Part shown: piece by piece, positions 9,837 to 19,423 of the stretch
Numbering within the stretch: position 1 is the first letter of the stretch
Layout: every line of letters begins with the position of its first letter
Program-made: the position numbers and the translations under genes
Notes under the pieces: generated by a model
What the model was told of the DNA's origin: nothing
Databases searched by the model: none
Seen by the model: the letters and a program-made list of their open reading frames with translations, nothing else
Source: Burkholderiales bacterium
GTDB taxonomy: Bacteria; Pseudomonadota; Gammaproteobacteria; Burkholderiales; Burkholderiaceae_C
NCBI GenBank assembly: GCA_038200275.1
Contig: JBBPYC010000025.1
Location: 10,759 to 74,758, forward strand
Length of the DNA stretch: 64,000 nt
Direction of reading: 5' to 3'

Positions 9837-10910
9837 TCAGCCCAACCACCGGTCCCGGTGCTGAGTCACGAAAGCATCGTCGTTGAGTTCGGGGTAGGCG
9901 GCATGCACGCGCGTCAGCTCGTCGGCCTGTCCCGGACTCAGGCCTTCGTGCGGATCCAGACACCAGATGCCTTCCAGCAGCCCTTGCCGGCGCAGCACTT
10001 CGTGGCAGCCTGCGATGCAGCCGCGAAAGTCGTTCGCGACGTCGAACAGCGCTGCGTTGCAGTCGGTCACCTGCGCGTCGAGCGTGAGCAATTCGGCCGG
10101 CAACGGCGCGTCGTGCTCCACCGTTTGATGCAGTCGCTGCAGCAGTTCGACCGCGCGGCGCGTCCAGACACTCCAGTGGCCAAGCAGCCCGCCCTTGATT
10201 CGTAGCGTGACCATGCGGCCATCTGAACAGCGGAACGCGAATGGCGTGAGCAGGTCGAGCACGATGTGATCGTCGTTGCCGGTGTAGAGCGTCACGCGGT
10301 CTTCTGCGCCTGCTTCGATCACGCCGCGGATGACGTCCTGCGTCCGGTAGCGGTTGAACGGCGCCATCTTGATCGCAACCACATTGTCGATCGCTGCAAA
10401 GCGGCGCCAGAACGACACAGGCAAATGGATGCCACCGACCGCTGGCTGCAGATAGAAACCCACCAGCGGCATCACGTCGGCCACTGCCTCGCAGTGCGCG
10501 ATCAGTCTGTCTTCGTCGCTGCCACGCATGGCAGCCAGACTCAGCAATCCTGCGTGATACCCCAGCTGACGTGCCGTCTCCGCTTCTGCCGCCGCCTGAG
10601 TCGTCGCCCCCGCCAGCCCTGCGATCATCACCAGCGGCCGCGGTCCACCCATCGGCTCCCAGTGCAGCGCCTCGTGCATCGCCATCTCGAGCACTGGCTC
10701 GTACAACCCCACGTCCCGAATGGCGAACTGGGTCGAATGCACGCCAACGGCCAGCCCGCCGGCACCCGAATCGAGGTAGTACCGACTCAACGCCCGCTGC
10801 CGCCGCTCATCAAGCTTGCGTTGTGCATCCAGTGCCAGCAAGTGTGCGGGGATCACCGCACCGCGCTTGAGCAGCGCGAGGGAGGCGGGTGGAATGTTTG
10901 CGTGCTGCAC
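9837..10910 (-). CDS. dihydrodipicolinate synthase/N-acetylneuraminate lyase family protein
   Basis: 357-aa ORF with a DapA-like TIM barrel and a candidate Schiff-base lysine in VVAIKMAP. Confidence 0.75.
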   Translation of the reverse strand: MQHANIPPASLALLKRGAVIPAHLLALDAQRKLDERRQRALSRYYLDSGAGGLAVGVHSTQFAIRDVGLYEPVLEMAMHEALHWEPMGGPRPLVMIAGLAGATTQAAAEAETARQLGYHAGLLSLAAMRGSDEDRLIAHCEAVADVMPLVGFYLQPAVGGIHLPVSFWRRFAAIDNVVAIKMAPFNRYRTQDVIRGVIEAGAEDRVTLYTGNDDHIVLDLLTPFAFRCSDGRMVTLRIKGGLLGHWSVWTRRAVELLQRLHQTVEHDAPLPAELLTLDAQVTDCNAALFDVANDFRGCIAGCHEVLRRQGLLEGIWCLDPHEGLSPGQADELTRVHAAYPELNDDAFVTQHRDRWLG

Positions 10911-10913
10911 CGT

Positions 10914-11948
10914 TCAATACTTTCCGTCCCGGGCTTCGAAATGGGTCGGCTTGTTCAAGCTCGTCATGCCGCGTTGCGTCCAGTCGGCAGTCCAGTCGAG
11001 CAGGCGGTCCAAGCCGATCTGCTGTGGCCCGAACAGCTCGAACGCGCGGCTGCAGTCGACCAACCATGCGGTATCAGCAGGTGCGCCGCTGAACTGCGGC
11101 TGGATTCCAATTCGCTGTCCTAGTCCGATGGCAGCATCGCGGATCGACATGGCCGGGCCGCTCAGATTCAGCGCCGATGTGGGCGTCGTGCAATGTGCCA
11201 GCGATCGCAACGCCCAGTCGTTTGCCTCACCCTGCCAGATGATGTTGGCATGACCCATCGCCAGCTCGATCGGCACATGGTGGATGATCTTTTGCGCCAG
11301 GTCGTGCAGCACGCCGTAGCGCATGTCGATCGCATAAGACAGCCGCAGCAGGCAGCCCGGCGTGCCATGCTGATGCGAGAAATGCTCGAACATCCGCTCG
11401 CGCGCGACGCAGGAATTGGCATACTCGCCCGACGGCGCGGTGGGCGCCGTCTGCTCGCTCGCACCGGGCCCCTGCACGTTGACGAACGGGTAGACGCAGG
11501 CGGTCGAGAAGCAGACGATGCGCGAATCTTTCCAGCGCTCGGCCACCAGCGCCGGCACATGCGCATTCATTGCCCAAGTCAGCCATTCGCTGCCGGAAGA
11601 GCCGAACTTGCGGCCCGCCATGAACACGACGTTTGCGGCATCCGGCAGCCTGGCGATCTGCTCGCGCGACAGCAGGTCGGCTTCAATGCATTCGATGTCG
11701 TATGCCTTTAGCTTGTCACGCAGGCCTGCTTCGGAGAACCGCGCCACGCCGATCACGCGCCGATCCGGATGCGCGCGCTTGGCCATGCGCGCCAGTGTCG
11801 GCCCCATCTTGCCGCCGACGCCGAGCACGAGGAGGTCCCCGTCGACCCCATCGAGCGTTTTGACCAGCGCATCGGACGGCTGCGACAGCGCGTCTTCGAG
11901 TTGGTCGAGGTCGTCGAAGCGGTCGGGCAGCGTGTCGGACTTCATCAC
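10914..11948 (-). CDS. NAD(P)-dependent epimerase/dehydratase family protein
   Basis: 344-aa ORF with a Rossmann motif (LVLGVGGKMG) and extended-SDR layout. It lies 3 nt upstream of the DHDPS-like gene. Confidence 0.75.
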   Translation of the reverse strand: MMKSDTLPDRFDDLDQLEDALSQPSDALVKTLDGVDGDLLVLGVGGKMGPTLARMAKRAHPDRRVIGVARFSEAGLRDKLKAYDIECIEADLLSREQIARLPDAANVVFMAGRKFGSSGSEWLTWAMNAHVPALVAERWKDSRIVCFSTACVYPFVNVQGPGASEQTAPTAPSGEYANSCVARERMFEHFSHQHGTPGCLLRLSYAIDMRYGVLHDLAQKIIHHVPIELAMGHANIIWQGEANDWALRSLAHCTTPTSALNLSGPAMSIRDAAIGLGQRIGIQPQFSGAPADTAWLVDCSRAFELFGPQQIGLDRLLDWTADWTQRGMTSLNKPTHFEARDGKY

Positions 11949-11952
11949 GGCA

Positions 11953-13146
11953 TCAATCCTCGACGCCGTGCAAGGACAGCAGCGTTTTCATGCGTTTCAC
12001 CGCCATTTCCGGTTGCTCCAGCACATTGGCGGCATCGGCCAGCCGGAACAATTCGGCCAGATGCACGAGCGAGCGCGTGCTTTGCTGGCCGCCGACCATC
12101 GTGAAATGGCTTTGATGGCCATTGAGCCAAGCCATGAACACCACGCCGGTTTTGTAAAAACGCGTGGGTGCCTGGAAGATGTGGCGCGACAGCGGCACCG
12201 TCGGCGCGAGGATCGCATGAAAGCGCTCAACGTTGCCGGCCGCAAGTTCGGCCAGCGCGCTGCTCGCAGCCGGCGCGATCGCATCAAAGATGCCGAGCAA
12301 CGCATCGCTTCTGCCGTGCATCGGCTCATCGCCGAAGTCGTCGCCCGCGATCAGTTCGGCATAGTTGAAATCGTCGCCGGTGTACATGCGCACGCCGGGC
12401 GGCAGCCGGCGGCGCATCGCAATCTCCTTGTCCTTGTCGAGCAACGAGATCTTGATGCCGTCCACCTTGTCCGGATGGGCGGCGATCACGCCGAGCGCCG
12501 TGTTCATGGCAGCGTCGACATCCGAGCTGCCCCAATAGCCGGCCAGTGCGGGATCGAACATGTCGCCGAGCCAGTGCAGCACGACAGGCTCGCGGGCCTG
12601 GCTCAACACATGGTCGTAGACGCGTTCGTAGTCGGCGGGGCTGTTGGCCACGCGGGCGAGTGCTCGGCTTGCCATCACGATCAGCTTGCCGCCGAGCTTT
12701 TCAATTGCGGCCATCTGCTCGTCGTAGCCGCGGATCACGTCATCGACGGTTTTCACGGCATCGATGTCGAGGTGATCGGTGCCGCAGCCCGACGCCACCA
12801 ATGCATCGGGCATGTCCTTCGCAGCCTCAGTCGAGCGACGAATCAGCTCGAGCGACGTCGGCCAGTCGAGCCCCATGCCGCGCTGCGCGGTGTCCATGGC
12901 TTCGGCCACACCCAGGCCCAATGACCACAAGTGCCGCCGATAGGCAATCGTGGCGTCCCAGTCAACCGCGCATTGCAGCCACGGGCTAATTGCAGCCAGC
13001 GGGTCTGCCACCACGTGGGCGGCGGAGTAGGCGATGCGGTTGAACGCGGGTCGTTGGCCGGCATCGGCGCGCTGCGGTGTGGTGCCCTGCAGCGAATACT
13101 GCGCAAGCTTTCCGCCGTTGTCGGGCAAGGTCAGTGTGAGGGCCAT
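11953..13146 (-). CDS. DUF993 family protein
   Basis: 397-aa ORF. Strings such as AAHVVADP, DWDATIAYRRHLWSLGLGVAEAMDTAQRGMGLDW match my memory of Pfam DUF993. This was not verified by search. Confidence 0.6.
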   Translation of the reverse strand: MALTLTLPDNGGKLAQYSLQGTTPQRADAGQRPAFNRIAYSAAHVVADPLAAISPWLQCAVDWDATIAYRRHLWSLGLGVAEAMDTAQRGMGLDWPTSLELIRRSTEAAKDMPDALVASGCGTDHLDIDAVKTVDDVIRGYDEQMAAIEKLGGKLIVMASRALARVANSPADYERVYDHVLSQAREPVVLHWLGDMFDPALAGYWGSSDVDAAMNTALGVIAAHPDKVDGIKISLLDKDKEIAMRRRLPPGVRMYTGDDFNYAELIAGDDFGDEPMHGRSDALLGIFDAIAPAASSALAELAAGNVERFHAILAPTVPLSRHIFQAPTRFYKTGVVFMAWLNGHQSHFTMVGGQQSTRSLVHLAELFRLADAANVLEQPEMAVKRMKTLLSLHGVED

Positions 13147-13215
13147 CGGACGGTCGCTCCTGAACGAATTTGAAATGAAAACGGGTTGATGCGCTCGTCA
13201 ATCAAACACAGTTCG

Positions 13216-14382
13216 CTATTCAATTCGTAGCGCGGGCACATCCACCCAGCGCCGCTCCTGCGACGACTGCAGCGCCGCTTCGACCAGCTGCACGCCCTTC
13301 GCGCCTTCGGCCAGTGTCCACTTGTACGGCGCGTCTTCCGCGACGTGGCGGATGAAGTGTTCCCACTGAATCTTGAAGCCGTTGTCGGCTTCCATCGAAT
13401 CTGGAATCTCCTGCCACTGGTCGAAGAAATTCATCGTCTGTTTTTGGTCCGGGTTCCAGACCGGACGCGGAGTCGCCACCCGCGATTGCGCGCGGCAACT
13501 CGACAGACCCGCAACCGCTGAGCCATGTGTGCCGTCGACGTGGAACGTGACCAGGTCATCGCGCCGCACGCGGGTGACCCAGCTCATGTTGATCTGCGCG
13601 ATCACCGGTTCGCCGTTGTGGCCGACGAGCTCACACGTGGCGTACGCGGCGTCGTCGGCAGTGGCTTCATACGGCTCGCCGTTTTCGTCCCAGCGCTTCG
13701 GGATGTGCGTGGTGCCCAGACAAGACACCGACTTGACTTCGCCGAACAGGTTGTCCAGCACATAACGCCAGTGACACATCATGTCCAGGATCATGCCGCC
13801 GCCGTCTTGCCGGCGGTAGTTCCACGACGGCCGCTGGATCGGCTGCAGGTCACCTTCGAATACCCAGTAGCCGAATTCCAGCCGCAGGCTCAACATGCGG
13901 CCGAAAAATCCTGCGCGGCGCAGCATGTCGAGCTTGCGCAGGCCCGGCAAGAACAGCTTGTCTTGCACCGCGCCGTGCTTGAGGCCCGAGTTCTGCGCGA
14001 GCCGTGCGATCTCGACGGCTTCGTTCAAGTTGGTGGCGATCGGCTTTTCGCAGTAGACGTGCTTGCCGGCGCGGATCGCTTTGGCGAGCAGAGTCGGGCG
14101 CATTTGGGTGGTGCCGGCGTCGAAGAACACGGTGTCGTCGGGGTCGGCCAGCGCCTGGTCCACATCGGTGCCCCAACGTTCGATGCCGTGCGCCTTTGCC
14201 AGCGCGGCAATTTTTTCGGCGTTGCGACCGATCAGGATCGGGTCCGGCATGACCTTGTCGCCATTGGCGAGCGTCACGCCCCCCTGCGCCCGAATCGCGC
14301 AGATCGAGCGGATCAGGTGCTGGTTGAGCCCCATGCGGCCGGTGACACCGTGCATGATCAATCCGAGTCGTTTTGTCGCCAT
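13216..14382 (-). CDS. Gfo/Idh/MocA family oxidoreductase
   Basis: 388-aa ORF with an N-terminal Rossmann fold (LGLIMHGVTGRMG) and the EKP motif (HVYCEKPIA). Confidence 0.9.
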   Translation of the reverse strand: MATKRLGLIMHGVTGRMGLNQHLIRSICAIRAQGGVTLANGDKVMPDPILIGRNAEKIAALAKAHGIERWGTDVDQALADPDDTVFFDAGTTQMRPTLLAKAIRAGKHVYCEKPIATNLNEAVEIARLAQNSGLKHGAVQDKLFLPGLRKLDMLRRAGFFGRMLSLRLEFGYWVFEGDLQPIQRPSWNYRRQDGGGMILDMMCHWRYVLDNLFGEVKSVSCLGTTHIPKRWDENGEPYEATADDAAYATCELVGHNGEPVIAQINMSWVTRVRRDDLVTFHVDGTHGSAVAGLSSCRAQSRVATPRPVWNPDQKQTMNFFDQWQEIPDSMEADNGFKIQWEHFIRHVAEDAPYKWTLAEGAKGVQLVEAALQSSQERRWVDVPALRIE

Positions 14383-14680
14383 GTTTTGTTGCTGAGTTCC
14401 TTGGGATTCGTACAGTGGGAGTCAAACTTTTCAGTGAGCGGCAGTGGCTTGGGCCGAACTGCGCTCGGGCTGGCGGCAAACCCAAGCTGGCGGTGCCGGA
14501 TCGGCTTCAGTGACCCGGCTGAGCGCGCGATCACGCCTGCCAATCGCTGCGCCCCCGGCGGCGTCTGGGCCCAACGCGGCAACGGATTCGGAACCAACCT
14601 GTCGATCGACATGAGCCATTAAAAATTTGCCTCGCGTAACGACTTGGCATAACGATTGAGTGAATTGCATGTTGACCGAT

Positions 14681-15382
14681 CTACTTGCGCAGCAGATAAC
14701 CCATCACGACCTCGGTCATGTGCGACAGCCGCTCGGACAACGCCGCCGGTGCGTGCAGATCGCGGCCGAAGATGGTCGACAGCGTCGAGTTGTTCGACAA
14801 GTAGAAGTAGCAAAGGCTTGCGATCGTGATGTAGAGCTGCACCGGGTCGACGCCGCCGCGGAACAGGTTTTGCTGCTGGCCGCGTGCGACCACGTCGCCA
14901 AGCAGTTGCACCAGCGGCGAGTTCATCTCCCGGATGCGGGCCGACTGTTTCAGGTGCGCGGCCCGGTGCATGTTTTCGGTGTTGAGCAGCGTCACGAAGT
15001 GCGGGTTGGCGAGGTAGTAGTTCCACGTGAATTCAACCAGGCGGCGCACGGCGGTGGCCGGCTCCAGATCGATCAGGTGCAGCGCGGTTTCAGCCGCCCG
15101 AATATTGGCATAAGCCTGCTCCAGCACGCCGAGGAACAAGGCTTCCTTGCTACCGAAATAATAGTAGATCAGCCGCTTGTTGACGCCGGCGCGCAGCGCG
15201 ATGCTTTCCACGCGCGTGCCGCTCAGACCGGTGGTGGAGAACTCAACCAGCGCAGCGCCCAGGATCGACTGCCGCGTGCGGTCGGCATCGCGCGTACGCG
15301 GCTCGCTCCCGCGCGTTGGGGGCGTTGTCTCGGCCACGGTAGAAACGGTCGATTGCAGGAGCATGTGCCGGATAATTCCCAA
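14681..15382 (-). CDS. TetR/AcrR family transcriptional regulator
   Basis: 233-aa ORF with a TetR HTH (ILGAALVEFSTTGLSGTRVESIALRAGVNKRLIYYYFGSKEALF). It sits upstream of the catabolic operon on the same strand. An alternative start is at 15364. Confidence 0.85.
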   Translation of the reverse strand: MGIIRHMLLQSTVSTVAETTPPTRGSEPRTRDADRTRQSILGAALVEFSTTGLSGTRVESIALRAGVNKRLIYYYFGSKEALFLGVLEQAYANIRAAETALHLIDLEPATAVRRLVEFTWNYYLANPHFVTLLNTENMHRAAHLKQSARIREMNSPLVQLLGDVVARGQQQNLFRGGVDPVQLYITIASLCYFYLSNNSTLSTIFGRDLHAPAALSERLSHMTEVVMGYLLRK

Positions 15383-15542
15383 ATCGGTGAATTAAGGCCA
15401 TAGGGGTTTTCACGATCGGTTGCTTGGCTTCGTGCGCTTGGCGTTGCAACGAGGCAGTCCTGCCGCTGGTCGGTCGGGCAACACCCGCCCGGTAAGATCG
15501 CCCGCCGTCGCGCGCTCTCGCACGACCGATATCGATGCCGCC

Positions 15543-16463
<921 letters not shown>

Positions 16464-16486
16464 GGTCTCCGAGGTGGATCGTTCTT

Positions 16487-16512
16487 TATAATGTAGACAC
16501 ACGTATCTACAT
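16487..16512 (+). promoter_or_regulatory. candidate vapBC promoter -10 box with overlapping operator palindrome
   Basis: A perfect TATAAT at 16487-16492 is overlapped by the 7-bp inverted repeat ATGTAGA (16491-16497) / TCTACAT (16506-16512). It lies 7 nt upstream of the antitoxin ATG, in a locally AT-rich spacer. Confidence 0.5.
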
Positions 16513-16518
16513 GATGCA

Positions 16519-16791
16519 ATGCGTATGGAACTTCAAATCGGTAAGTGGGGAAACAGTTTGGCGGTGCGGTTGCCAGCGCAAGTCGTGCGCACACTGCGCT
16601 TGCACGAGGGTGCGCGTATCGAACTGCAGATTGAGGAAGGTGGCCGTGCGGTGCTGCGCACTGCACCGGTGTTCGACAAGGCGGCCTATCTCGAACAGGT
16701 TCGTGCGCTGACCGTGCGCATGCCGCAACCCGACGTCCAGGCCGATGAAGAGTCGTTCGTGCGCTGGATGCGCGATACCGACCGCTATTGA
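16519..16791 (+). CDS. vapB: AbrB/MazE/SpoVT-family antitoxin (VapB-like)
   Basis: 90-aa ORF. M(RM)ELQIGKWGNSLAVRLPAQVV is the classic SpoVT-AbrB swapped-hairpin motif. The start is 16519 or 16525. Confidence 0.8.
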   Translation: MRMELQIGKWGNSLAVRLPAQVVRTLRLHEGARIELQIEEGGRAVLRTAPVFDKAAYLEQVRALTVRMPQPDVQADEESFVRWMRDTDRY

Positions 16792-16817
16792 GCGCAAGCA
16801 GGCCGGCTTTAGACGCA

Positions 16818-17243
16818 ATGATTTATGTCGACACGAGCGTCTGGATTGCGATGCACGTGCGCGAGTCGCATACCGCCGAAGTGCAGGACTGGCTGGAAGC
16901 TCAGGAGATCAGTACCCTGTGTTGCAGCGAATGGGTCAAGACCGAATATGCCAGCGCGCTTTCCATCAGGCGTCGTCGCAACGAATTGAATGCGGCTGAC
17001 TTCGCTGACGCGCATCGTGCGTTCGCTCAATTGTGTGTCGCTGGGCCGCTCTGGCTTGACGTGGAGCCGCCGGATTTTTTGACTGCTGCCGGCTACTGCG
17101 CGGATGCCGATTCGGGCCTGCGAGCCGGTGATGCGTTGCACTTGGCAGTGGCAGTGCGTACCCGCTGCAAGGCGCTTTTTTCTTTGGACAAGTTGATGAA
17201 CCTGAATGCAAGGCGCCTGGGGTTGGGCGTGGTTGAACCATGA
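16818..17243 (+). CDS. vapC: PIN-domain ribonuclease toxin (VapC-like)
   Basis: ORF 16788..17243. The likely start is ATG 16818 (MIYVDTSVW). PIN acidic residues appear in the expected contexts (YVDTS, CSEWVKTE, GDALHLAVA, FSLDKL). The stop TGA at 17241-17243 overlaps the glyS ATG. Confidence 0.85.
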   Translation: MIYVDTSVWIAMHVRESHTAEVQDWLEAQEISTLCCSEWVKTEYASALSIRRRRNELNAADFADAHRAFAQLCVAGPLWLDVEPPDFLTAAGYCADADSGLRAGDALHLAVAVRTRCKALFSLDKLMNLNARRLGLGVVEP

Positions 17244-19423
17244 CTTTCAATGAGACACGGCGCAGCAACCTCTTGGTCGAGCTGTTCGTCGAAGAACTGC
17301 CGCCGAAGGCATTGCGCAAACTCGGTGAATCGTTCGCCGGCCACTTGCTCGATGGCCTGCGCACGCGCGGGCTGGCCGACAGCGATTCGCAACTGTGTGC
17401 GTTCGCGTCGCCAAGACGCCTGGCCGCGCATATCACACGCGTCGCTGGTCAGGCAGCCGACAAAGCCGTGTCGCAGAAGCTGATGCCGGTGGCAGTCGGT
17501 CTGGACGCAGCCGGCAATGCGACGCCTGCATTGCTCAAAAAACTGCAAGCGCTTGGCGCCGATGCATCGGTGGTGCCCGGCTTGCAGCGTTCGGGTGAGG
17601 GCAAGGCCGAAGCGCTGTTGTACCAAAGCACGGTACGCGGCGCGACGCTGGCCGATGGATTGCAAGCCGCACTTGACGAAGCAATTGCCAAGCTGCCGAT
17701 CCCCAAAGTCATGAGCTACCAGCTTGCCACCGATTGCGAATTGCCCGGCTGGAGCAGCGTGAGCTTCGTGCGGCCGGCGCATGGACTGGTGGCGTTGCAT
17801 GGCACGGAAGTGGTGCCGCTGTTCGTGCTGGGCTTGAGAAGCGGACGCCAAACGCATGGGCATCGGTTCGAAGCGACGGTTGACCCGATTGAATTGACCG
17901 ACGCCGACCGCTATGCCGCGCAACTGGTCGAAGAAGGCGCGGTGATTGCATCGTTCGACGCACGGCGGGCTGAGATCGCGCTGCAGCTTGCGAAGGCCGC
18001 TGCGCAGATCAGCGCCGATACGCGCGTGATCGACGACGACGCGTTGCTCGATGAGGTCACCGCGCTGGTCGAGCGTCCGAATGTGTTGATCTGCCAGTTC
18101 GAGCCCGAGTTTCTCGAGGTGCCCAGCGAGTGCCTGATCCTCACGATGAAGGCGAATCAGAAATACTTTCCGTTGCTGAACGCAGCCGGTGCGCTGACGA
18201 ACCGGTTTCTGGTGGTCAGCAACATCACGCCCGGTGATCCCAGTGCGGTGATCCAGGGCAATGAGCGGGTGGTGCGACCGCGGCTGGCGGATGCGAAGTT
18301 CTTCTTTGACCAGGACCGCAAGAAGACGCTCGCATCGCGAGTCGAAGCGCTTGGTCAGGTGGTCTATCACAACCAGCTTGACAGCCAGGGCGAGCGCAGC
18401 GTTCGAGTGGCGCAAATTGCGCGTGCGATTGGGCGGCAACTCGGCGATGAAGCACTGGCTGAGAGCGCCGGCCGCGCCGCCGTGCTCGCCAAGACCGATC
18501 TGCTGACCGATATGGTCGGTGAGTTTCCGGAATTGCAAGGAGTCATGGGTGGCTACTACGCGCGCCACGATGGGTTGTCCGAGGACGTTGCGCTTGCAAT
18601 CGAAGACCACTACAAGCCGCGCTTCGCTGGGGATGAGCTGCCACGCAACATGGCCGGCGTGGTGGTTGCATTGGCCGATAAGCTGGAGACGCTGGTCGGC
18701 ATGTTTGGCATCGGCAACGTCCCGACTGGGGATCGCGATCCATTTGCGTTGCGGCGGCATGCATTGGGGGTGATCCGCATGTTGATGGAAAAGGAGTTGG
18801 CGCTCGACCTTCAACCAACAATCGGATTGGGCTCTAGGGCGTTTGCCAGCGTGTTGGAGAACCGATCACCAGACGATCAGATGGACTTCTACTTTCACGT
18901 CGAAAAGCTAGCTGATTTTGTATTTGATCGGCTGGCAGGACTATTGCGAGACCAGGGCTACACAAACACGGAGATCGACGCAGTGATCGCAGCGCGGCCC
19001 CAGCGCTTGAGCCTCGTGCCTAAGCGTTTGACCGCTGTGCGTGCGTTCGTCGAGCTGCCTGAGGCACCGTCGCTTGCTGCTGCCAACAAGCGCATTGCGA
19101 ACATTCTCAGAAAAATTGTGGCCGACATCGACTCCGTGTCGCAGCTTGACACTGCCTTGCTGGTCGAACCCGCTGAGCAAGCGTTGGCGGCCGCAATGCG
19201 CGACGTAACGCCGCGCGCTGACGCCCTGTTCGACGCAGGCGACTACACCGCCTCACTGCGAACTCTGGCTGCCTTGCGCGAGCCGGTCGATGCGTTTTTT
19301 GAAAACGTGATGGTGAATGCCGAAGACGAATCGCTTAAGCGAAACCGGCTGGCTCTGCTGCGCACCTTGCACCAGTCGATGAACCGCGTGGCGGACCTGT
19401 CGAAGCTGGCGGTGGCTGCATGA
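17240..19423 (+). CDS. glyS: glycine--tRNA ligase beta subunit
   Basis: 727-aa ORF with the canonical GlyS N-terminus LLVELFVEELPPKAL. Confidence 0.97.
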   Translation: MTFNETRRSNLLVELFVEELPPKALRKLGESFAGHLLDGLRTRGLADSDSQLCAFASPRRLAAHITRVAGQAADKAVSQKLMPVAVGLDAAGNATPALLKKLQALGADASVVPGLQRSGEGKAEALLYQSTVRGATLADGLQAALDEAIAKLPIPKVMSYQLATDCELPGWSSVSFVRPAHGLVALHGTEVVPLFVLGLRSGRQTHGHRFEATVDPIELTDADRYAAQLVEEGAVIASFDARRAEIALQLAKAAAQISADTRVIDDDALLDEVTALVERPNVLICQFEPEFLEVPSECLILTMKANQKYFPLLNAAGALTNRFLVVSNITPGDPSAVIQGNERVVRPRLADAKFFFDQDRKKTLASRVEALGQVVYHNQLDSQGERSVRVAQIARAIGRQLGDEALAESAGRAAVLAKTDLLTDMVGEFPELQGVMGGYYARHDGLSEDVALAIEDHYKPRFAGDELPRNMAGVVVALADKLETLVGMFGIGNVPTGDRDPFALRRHALGVIRMLMEKELALDLQPTIGLGSRAFASVLENRSPDDQMDFYFHVEKLADFVFDRLAGLLRDQGYTNTEIDAVIAARPQRLSLVPKRLTAVRAFVELPEAPSLAAANKRIANILRKIVADIDSVSQLDTALLVEPAEQALAAAMRDVTPRADALFDAGDYTASLRTLAALREPVDAFFENVMVNAEDESLKRNRLALLRTLHQSMNRVADLSKLAVAA

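Noticed and set aside
17093-18814. Very long ORFs antisense to well-supported genes. Examples are 17093..18814 opposite glyS, 30725..33190 spanning cpg2 and the ACAD, 58020..59801 opposite liuD, 48070..49701 opposite liuB, 28111..29175 opposite aceK, 56332..57993, 60338..61852, 22136..23305 and 37018..38274.
   Set aside because: These are typical stop-codon-poor antisense frames of a roughly 67% GC genome. Their products are Arg/Ala/His-rich with no domain signatures. Several span two independent sense genes, and the sense strand has unambiguous homology.
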